Assembly: GCF_009914755.1 (NCBI RefSeq)
Contig: NC_060927.1
Reading direction: 5' to 3' (one strand)
Length of the DNA: 64,000 bases
DNA from: the human T2T-CHM13v2.0 reference genome, Homo sapiens
Position 1 is the stretch's first letter; the number at the start of each line of letters is the position of its first letter. Positions 54,946 to 64,000 of the stretch are shown one piece after another. Position numbers and translations under genes: made by a program. Below the pieces are notes generated by a model. That model was not told the origin of the DNA. It was given only the letters and a program-made list of their open reading frames with translations, and ran no database searches.

Positions 54946-57900
54946 GATAAGGTGGTATCACATTGTGGTTTTGATTTATTTGCATTTCCCTGATTATTAG
55001 TGATGTTGAGCAGTTTTTCATATGTTTGTTGGCCATTTCTATATCTTCTTTTGAGAACTGTCTATTCATGTCCTTTGCCCACTTTTTAAGGGGATTATTT
55101 GTTTTTTTTCTTGTTGATTAGTTTGAATTCCTTGTAGACTCTGGATATTAATGCTTTGTCAGATGCATAGTTTGTGAATATTTTCTCCCACTCTGTGGGT
55201 TGTCTGTTTATTCTGCTGATTATTTCTTTTGCTGTGTGGAAGCATTTTAGTTTAATTAAGTCCTATTTATTTATTTATTTATTTATTTATTTTGCATTTG
55301 CTTTTGGGTTCTTGGTCATGAAGTCTTTTCCTAAGCCAATGTCTAGAAGAGTTTTTCTGGTGTTATCTTCTAGAATTTTTAAGGTTTCAAGTCTTAGATT
55401 TAAGTCTTTGATCCATCTTGAGTTGATCTTTGTCTAAGGTGAGAGATGAGGATTCAGTTTCATTCTTCTATATGTGTCTTGCCAATTATCCCACCACCAT
55501 TTATTGAAGAGGGTGTCCTTTCCCCACTTTGTGTTTTTGTGTGGTTTGTTGAAGATCAGTTGGCTGTAAGTATTTGAGTTTATTTCTGGGTTCTCTATTC
55601 TGTTCCATTGGTCTTCATGCCTTTTTTTTATACCAGTACCATACTGCTTCGGTAGCTATAGCCTTGTAGTATAGTTTGAAGTCTATCACATAACCTAATG
55701 TGATGCCTCCAAATTTGTTCTTTTTGCTTAGTCTTGCTTTGGCTATGCAGGCTCTTTTTTCATTCAATATTAATTTTAGGATTTTTTTCTAGTTCTTTGA
55801 AAATGATAGTGATATTTTGATGGGAATTACATTGAATCTGTAGATTGCCTTTGGCATTATGGTTATTTTCACAATAATTCTACCCATTCAGGAACATGGG
55901 ATGTGTTTCCATTACTTTGCGTCTTCTATGATTTCTTTCAGCAGTGTATTGTAGTTTTCCTTGTAGAGATCTCTGACCTCCTTGGTTAAGTATATTCCTG
56001 AATATTTTATTTCATTTTATTTTATTTTATTTGCAGTTGTAATAAAGATTGAGTTCTTTATTTTATTCTCAGCTTGGTTGTTGTTGGTGTAGAAGTGCTA
56101 CTGATTTGTGTACACTGATTTTGTGTCTTGAAACTTTACTGAATTCATTTATCAGATCTAGGAGCTTTTTAGATGAGTCTTTAGCATTTTCTAGGTATAT
56201 GATCATATCTGAGAGCAGTGACAGTGTGACTTTCTCTTTTCCAATTTGGATGCCCTTTATTTCTTTCTCTTGCCTGATTGCTCTGGCTAGGATTTCCAGT
56301 ACTACATTGAATATAAGTGGCAAAAGTGAGCATCCTTGTTTTTTCCAGTTCTCACGGGGATTGCTTTCAGCTTTTCCCTGTTCCGTATGATGTTGGCTAT
56401 GGGTTTGTCATAGATGGCTTTTATTACTTTGAGATATACTTCTTCTGTGCCAGTTTTGCTGAGGATTTTAATCATAAAGGGATGCTGGATTTTGTCAAAT
56501 GCTTTTTCTGCTTCTGTAGAGATGATTATATAATTTTTGCTTTTAATTCTGTTTATGTAATATACCACATTAATTGACTTGTGTATTTTAAACCATCCCT
56601 GGACCCCTGGTATGAAATCCACTTGCTCATGTTGTATTATCTTTTTGATATGCTGTTGGATTTGGTTAGCTAGTATTTTGTTCAGGATTTTTGCATCTAT
56701 GTTCATCAGGGATATTGGTTTGTAGTTTTGTTGTTGTTGTTGTTGTTATGTTCTTTCCTGATTTTGGTATTTGGGTGATACTGGCTTCATAGAATGATTT
56801 AGGGAGGATTCCCTCTGTTTCTATCTTTTAGAATAGTTTCAGTAGGATTGGTAGCAATTCTTCTTTAAATGTCTAATAGGATTCAGCTGTGAATCCATTT
56901 GGTCCTGGACATTTTTTTGTTGGCAATTTTTTTTATTGGTTTCAATCCCTCTACTTATTCTTTATTTGTTCAGTTTCTACTTCTTCATGATTTAATTTAA
57001 TCTAGGAGGGATGTGTATTTCCAGCAAGTTATCCATCTCCTCTAGATTTTCTACTTTGTACACATAAAGATGTTCATAATAATCTTGAATGATCTTTTGT
57101 ATTTCTGTGGTATTGGTTGTATTATCTTCCGTTTCATTTTGAATTGAGCTTATTTGGATCTTCTCCCTTCTTGGTTAATCTCGCTAACAGTCTATCAGTT
57201 TTATTTATCCTTTCAAAGAACTAGTTTTTGTTTCATTTATCTTTTGTATTTTTTTGTTTCAATTTCATTTAGTTCTGCTCTGATCTTTGTTATTTCTTTT
57301 CTTCTGCTGAGTTTGGGTTTGATTTGTTCTTGTTTCTTTAGTTCCTTGAGGTGTGACCTTAGATTGTCTATTTGTGCTCTTTCAGACTTTTTGATATAGG
57401 CATTTAATGCCCTGGGCTTTCGCCTTAGCACCTGTAGATTTTGCTGTAGATTTTGATTTGAGGTTTTGATAAGTTGTGTCACTATTATTATTCAGTTCAA
57501 AAAATTTTCTAATTTTCATATTGATTTCATTGTTGACTCAAAGATCATTCAAGAGCAGATTATTTAATTTCCATGTGTTTGTATAGTTTTGAGGTTTCTT
57601 TTGGAGTTAATTTCCAGTTTTATTTCATGGTGGCTTGAGAAGATACTTGATATAATTTCGGTTTTCTTAAATTTATTGAGACTTGTTTTGTGGCCTATTG
57701 TAAGTGCCCCACTGATATCGTGTTGCTGTCTATCTCATTTCTTGGGTCTAGTAGTAATTGTTTTATAAATTGGGGAGCTCCAGTGTTAGGTGCATATATA
57801 TTTAAAATGGTGATGTTTTCTGGTTGGACTAATCCTTTTATCATGATATAATGTCCCTCTGTCTTTTTAAACTATTGTTGCTTTAAAGTTTGTTTTGTCT

Positions 57901-60900
57901 GATATAAGAATAGCTACTCCTCCTCATTTTTGGTTTCTATTTGCATGGAATATATTTTTCCAACCCTTTACCTTGAGTTTATATAAGTCCTTATGTATTA
58001 GGTGAGTCTCTTGAAGACAGCAGATGCTTGGTTGGTGGATTTTTATCCATTCTGCCATACTGTATCTTTTAAGTGGTGCATTTATGCCATTTACATTCAA
58101 TGTTAGTATTGAGATGTGAGTTACTGGTCTGTTCCTCATGGTAGTTGTTGCCTGAATATCTTATTTTTTTCTATTGTATTATTGTCTTATAGGACCTGTG
58201 AGATTTATGCTTTAAGGAGGTTCTATTTTGGTGTATTTCATGGTTTTGTTTCAAAATGTAGAACTCCTTTTAGGATTTCTTGTAGTGCTGGTTTTATAGT
58301 GGTAAATTGATATGGTTTGGCTGTGTTCCCATCTAAATCTCAACTTGAATGGTATCTCCCCAAATTCCCACATTTTGTGGGAGGGAACCAGGGGGAGGTA
58401 ATTGAATCATGGGGGCCAGTCTTTCTCATGTTATTCTTGTGATAGTGAATAAGTCTCATAAGATCTGATGGGCTTATCAGGTGTTTCTGCTTTTACTTCT
58501 TCCTCATTTTCTCTTGCCATCGCCATGTAAGAAGATCCTTTCACCTCCCGCCATGATTCTGAGGCCTCCCCAGCCATGTGGAACTGTAGGTCCAATTAAA
58601 CCTTTTTCTGTTCCCAGTTTCGGGTATGTCTTTATCAGCAGTGTGAAAATGAACTAATAGAAAAATTATCTCAGCATTTGTTTGTCTGGAAAAGACTTTA
58701 TCTCTCCCTCATTTATGAAGCTTAGTTTTGCTGGACACATAATGCTTGGCTGACAATTATTTTGTTTAAGGAGGCTAAAGGTTAAGATCTCACTGCCTTC
58801 TGGCTTGTAAAGTTTCTTCTGAGAAATCAGCTGTTAATCTGATACGTTTTCCTTTATAGGTTGTTTTTGTCTCACAGCTGTTAAGATTCTTTCCTTCACC
58901 TTGACTTTACATAACCTGATGACTACGTGGCTAGGTGATGAACTTTTTGTGATAAATTTACCAGGAGTCCTTTGAGCTTCTTGTATTTGGATAGCTAGAT
59001 CTTTAGCAAGGCTAGGGAAGTTTTCCTCAATTATTCCCTCAAATAAGTTTCCCAGACTTTTAGATTTCTATTCCTTCTCAGAAACAACAATTATTCTTAG
59101 GTTTGGTCATTTAACATAATTGCAGATTTCTTGGAGGTTTTGTTTAATTTTTAAAATTCTTTTTAAAAAAATTTTTTGATTGGGTTAATTTGAAAGCCTT
59201 GACTGTGAGCTTTGAAGTTCTTTCTTTTACTTGTTCTAGTCTATTGTTGAAATTTTTCACTGCATTTTGTATTTCCCTAAGTTTGTTTTTCATTTCTAGA
59301 AGTTGTAATTGTTTTTTCTTTATATCAATTTCTCTGGAGCATTTTTCACCCATATCCTGTATTGTTCTTAAAGTTTCTTTAAGTTGTTTTTCACCTTTCT
59401 TTGGTATCTCCTTTGGTAGCTTAATAATCAACCTTTTTTTTTTTTTCTCTGAATTCTTTTTCTGGCAATTCAGAGTTTTCTTCTTGGTTTGGATCCATTG
59501 CTGGAGAGCTAGTGTGATCTTTGGGGGTGTTACAGAACACTGTTTTGTCATATTATCAGAATTACTTTTCTGGTTCTTTCTCATTTGAGTAGACTATTTC
59601 TTCAAATTCTTCTTGAATTTATTTTTGATTGAATTTTGTTTTTTTAAATTTAAATTTCTTTTTTTCCCTCTTAAGATCAGACTTTAAAGTTCATTTTAGC
59701 CTAATTTGATTCTCGGTGTCAGTATGTGTGAAGACTCTGTATGAGATCCTTTGTTATAGACAGTCTTTGTGCCTTGGCATTCCCCAATGGTGATGGTAAT
59801 AGTTATATTCTTAGTGTGTGAATGAGTTCATTGTCTCCTATGGAGTTGGATGGCAGGGATCTCATGAAGCTTATCTCATTCTCTTGTGGTGTACACTTTA
59901 TTTATTTAATTTGTCCCCAATGTTTTGTTTACTGAGTTGATGATTCAGCTTCAGGCCAATAGGGGAAGTATCCCTGGGCAGGCACAAGTTGTGGCTAAGG
60001 CAGGTGTGTAGATGCAATCCTAATGCTGGGCTGAGGTCCTAGCCTTGATGAGGGTGCCTGGAGGGGCTCTCAATTAGAAATACTGGGGTTTTATCAGGGT
60101 GAAGAGTGGGAGCTACCTCAGCTCCCCTGCCAGGTCATCAGGAAAGCTATTCACCTCACAGCCTCACTCTTCTCTTAGTGTTTCAGCTATTTAGATCAGA
60201 GAGGAACCTCTGTTTATCTATATGAATGTTGATATTTCAAGTAGGGAGGAATTGTGACTTTGCCTCTACTGCAGGCCTGAATCTGGGGTGTGCTCCTCCT
60301 GTGGGGCTGCACTCACCCTGGATTGTTCTAGAAAGGCTGTCTATAGGTGTCTCCATGCTGCATTCCTATGAAGGAAGCTCCAGCTGTGTCTATGCGGGAG
60401 TGATAGGGGATACAAGGATCCCTTCCCCAAGGTCCTTCATGATCACAGAGGCTGCCTGCCTGTTGAAGTATAGGTACAGATATTCCCTACTGCGCCCAAC
60501 ACTGCAATTTTGGTTCTGCTGTGAGAAACGTCCCACTGGCTGAAGGATCTGGAACACAAGACCTGCTGTTCAAATTCTTTTGTCCTGTTGGATGATCACT
60601 TGATGTGGTGCTCTCCCACTTCCCCTAGGGATGGGGCTTCCTGAGAGCTAGACTGGAGTGATTGTTATTGCTCTTCTGGGTCTAGCCTCCCAGTGGGGCT
60701 ACCAGGCTCTGGGCTGGTGCTGGGGAATGTCTGCAAAGAGTCCTGTGATGTGATCGGTCTTCAGGTCTCCCAGCTGTAGATACCAGCACCTGCTCTTGTG
60801 GAGGTGACAGCGGACTGAAGTAAACTCTGAGAATCCTTGGTCATAGGTTTAATATACTGGCTTTCTTGAATGCTGGTTATGCTAGCAGCGAAGTTGTCAT

Positions 60901-62165
60901 GTGGACAGACTCAGGACCTCTGGTTAGCCAGGATGTTTCAGACAGTTGCATTAGCTGTTGTTTTCTCCTTCCTGGGAGCAGTGTTATTCTGTCATAAGTT
61001 GCTGTAATGGCCTAAATTGGTTAGCCTCCTGCCAGGAGGTGGCACTTTCAAGAGAGCACCAGCTGTGGTATTAGCAGTGGAATTTAAGGTTGTCCTAAAT
61101 TGGCCAGTGGAAGTATTCTGGTTTCTCAGGGGATGGGCAGGGCCATTAACCTCCCAAGAGTATATGTCTTTTGTGTTCAGCTACTGGGGTAGGTAGAGAA
61201 ATACCATCATGTGGGGATAGGGTTACATGGGCCTGAGCTCAGACTCTCCTTAGGCTGGGCTTGCTGCAGCCACTGTGGGGGATGGGGAGTGGTTCTCAGG
61301 CCAATGGGGTTATGTTACATAGGGGATTATGGCTGCCTCTACTGTGCAGTATAGTTCACCAGAGAAGTGGGGGGATAGCTGGTAGTGAAAGGCCTCACCC
61401 AGCTCCAATGCAGTTGGTGAAGCTGGTCTCACTCCTGCAGTGCCTGCTAACAGCATCAAGTTTAGATTCAGGAAGCCTGAGCACAGAAGTCAGACCTGTC
61501 CCACCATAAACTTCTTGACCAAGAAAGCAAGCACAGCATTCAGGCCATGCCCCTGTCTGTCTGCCCACAACATTGGCAGCTTCTGTGCTCATATCTGGAG
61601 CGGTTCCCGTTTGCTCCCTGGATTCTGCTCAAGGAAGTTTGTGCCTACTCGAAATTATCACAAAATTCAGTTGAATGCTTCTTTCATCCTGTGACCCCTC
61701 CCTAATTCTGCTGGCTACCTTCCCTGTGGGCCTCTGTGAGATATAGTGAGGGATGGCTTCCCTGGGCTCAAGCTGGAGACTGACAGTACCTATAAGGCTC
61801 TTCCCACTGCTGTTTCTACTTTTGTATTTCACATAGCTTTCTAAATTTTTTCTAGCTCTAGGTAAGGTTAAATTCTTCTCCTGTGATTTGGATTTTCAGA
61901 TTCCTCAGTGGAGAATATGTGTTCAGAGGCAAACTTTTCCTCCTCTCACACTTCAGGGACTCACAGTTTTTTGTTTGTCTTGTGAAGTTTGCAGTGGCAT
62001 GCTATTCCTTTCAAAGGATCTGTGAATTCTTTTGATTTTCCTGGTCCATTCCTGCAGTGGTTCTTGGAAGAAAAGTTCACAATGAGAGCCTCTACACTCT
62101 GTTCTGTCCGTCCAAATGGGAGATGCACAGTAGCCCTGCCTCCTATCCACCATCTTGCTCCTGGC
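54946..62165 (-). mobile_element. Old LINE-1 (L1PB/L1MA1-3 age) with long 5'UTR, 3' end missing, THE1 insertion and about 185-bp EN deletion near 57700
   Basis: ORF1 MRKNQKSNSDNMTKQ (59584), EN ILTLNVNG...[28 protein letters not shown]; 5' end cctgcctcctatccaccatcttg. Confidence 0.93.
58308..58661 (+). mobile_element. THE1A-like solo LTR
   Basis: 354 bp, tgatatggtttggctgtg...gaactaataga; imperfect 5-bp TSD taaat/aaaat; interrupts L1 ORF1. Confidence 0.92.
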
Positions 62166-62279
62166 ATATTATGGTTTTTAATTAAATTGTACTATCTTTT
62201 TCTCTCATAAATAGAAATAAAAATAGCTTATTTGTACAGAATCAAACATATCAAGAATTCATAATTTAACTAACTTTAT

Positions 62280-62425
62280 GGATGTACCAAGTTATCTTAG
62301 ACTTCCAAAATCTCAATTTTCTTATTTTTATAATGAGTATAATAATGTATCTCTCACAACGTTGTTGGAAAACTTAAATAATAAATGGGAAAGAAGCTAG
62401 CAGTATGTATATGACTTACTTATAG
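62280..62425 (+). mobile_element. MIR-like SINE fragment
   Basis: caagttatcttagacttc...ctcaattttcttatttttataatgagtataataat. Confidence 0.55.
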
Positions 62426-62680
62426 TAGACATAAAGGGATGTTAATCATTTTCCCAGGTTTGATGTGTTAATTAATTAAAAACTGATTACAATATTTTGG
62501 ACCAGGTGCTGTGACTGGAAGTTACTGAAGGAGGTAAGTAAACATAATTTATATTTTTGGTCATTTAATTGTATTGCCAATATCTTTTAGTTGGATAGTG
62601 GTGGTAAGCACTCTATTTCACTTTTCTCTCCCTTTCTTATAAAGGGGGTTTAATTAAAGCATTATTGTATTTGCCTTTTT

Positions 62681-62979
62681 ATTTTTATTTTTTTTGAGAC
62701 AGAGTGTTGCTCTGTCACCCAGGCTGGAGTGCAATGGTGTGATCTCAGCTTACGACAAGTTCCGCCCTCCAGGATCACGCCATTCTCCTGCCTCGGCCTC
62801 CTGAATAGCTGGGACTACTGGCGCCCACCAACATCCCTGGCTAATTTTGTTTTTGTATTTTTAGTACAGACGGTGTTTCACTGTGTTAGCCAGGATGGTT
62901 TCAGTCTCCTGACCTTGTGATCCACCTGCCTTGGCCTCCCAAAGTACTGGGATTACAAGCGTGAGCCACCACACCCAGC
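62681..62979 (-). mobile_element. Alu (AluY/Sc-like)
   Basis: Full dimer; TSD tgtatttgcctttt. Confidence 0.95.
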
Positions 62980-64000
62980 TGTATTTGCCTTTTATAGATC
63001 CTCTTTGGTGAAATGTCTCTTCATGTCTTTTGCCATTTTCTTTTTGAATTCTTTTTAACTGATGAGTTTTGAGAGTTCTTTATATATTCTAGATTTATTT
63101 TTTGTTGATATTTGCAAATATTTGCAGTTTTTCTTTGCTCTCTCCTCTGGGTCTCTCACAGAATAAAAATTTTTAACTGTGATGATGAAACTACCATTTT
63201 TTTCCCTCATTTATGAATCATGCTTTTGGTGTCATTGAAAACTCTTTACCAAGACTTAGGTCCTGAAGATTTTCTTCTAAGTTATCTTCTATATTTTTAT
63301 ACATTTTACACTTAAATCTTAAACCTTTTGAATTTTTGTATAAGGTGTGAAGTTTAGGTCAAGGTTTATTATTATTATTTTGCCTATGAATATCCAATTG
63401 CTCCAGCACCATTTGTTGAAAATACTATTCTTTTTCTATGTAATTCTTTGTGCACCTTTTGATAGGGTTTGGCTCTGTGTCTCCTCCGACATCTCATCTC
63501 CAACTGTAATCGCCATGTGTCGGGGGAGGGGCCTGGTGGGATGTGGTTGAATCATGGGGTGGACTTCCCTGTTGCTGTTGTCATGACAGCGAGTGGGTTT
63601 TCACCACTTCTGGTTGTTTGAAAGTGTATGACACTTCCTCCTTTGCTCTCTCTCTCCTCCATCACTGTGAAGATGTGCGGGCTTGCCCTTCATCTTCTGC
63701 CTTGATTTTCAGTTTCCTGAGGCCTCCCAGTCATGCTTCGTGTTAAGTCTGGGGAAGTGTGAGTCAATTACACATCTTTTCTTTTTAAATTACACAGTCG
63801 CAGGTAGTTCTTTATAGCAGTGTGAAAACAAACTATTACACCTTTGTATATAATCAGTATGCTGTACTTGTATGGGTCTATTTCTGGGTTTTCTATGACG
63901 GTCCCTTGATCTATGTGTTTATACGTCTGTGAAAACCACACAGTATTGATTATTGTGGCTATATAATAAGCCTTGATAAAATAATTCTTCCCACCTTATT
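62980..64000 (-). mobile_element. Ancient L1M ORF2 3' fragment interrupted by an MST LTR
   Basis: gagagttctttatatattctag; atccaattgctccagcaccatttgttgaa; gggtctatttctggg. Confidence 0.8.
63460..63840 (+). mobile_element. MSTA-like solo LTR
   Basis: tgatagggtttggctctgtgtc...aaactattaca; 5-bp TSD ccttt on both sides. Confidence 0.92.

Overview
This is primate, probably hominoid, AT-rich genomic DNA. About two thirds is LINE-1, and no host protein-coding gene can be identified. Almost every ORF in the supplied track is an L1 ORF1/ORF2 fragment, its antisense shadow, or Alu/LTR noise. There are four L1PA elements with both ends present: A (8383-14599, minus, L1PA3-like, open ORF1 and ORF0), B (19671-29525, minus, L1PA6/7-like, RT deleted), C (21963-27694, plus, L1PA5-like, nested inside B's ORF1, EN core deleted) and D (38475-44601, plus, L1PA6-like). 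The window also holds two L1PB/L1MA-age elements, older L1M fragments, about 13 Alus, MaLR/ERV1/ERVL remnants and MIRs. The main observations are: (1) non-consensus variants shared in a mosaic pattern among A, B, C and D, suggesting local ectopic gene conversion; (2) an old L1 whose 5'UTR lacks exactly a GT-AG segment present in its neighbour (spliced, SpIRE-like); (3) an ORF0-region/ORF1 in-frame chimera at the nested junction; (4) a possible minus-strand exon split by insertion B; (5) several foldback micro-insertions. Subfamily names come from remembered consensus diagnostics and need RepeatMasker/Dfam confirmation. I see no direct evidence of a new functional system; these are hypotheses to test.
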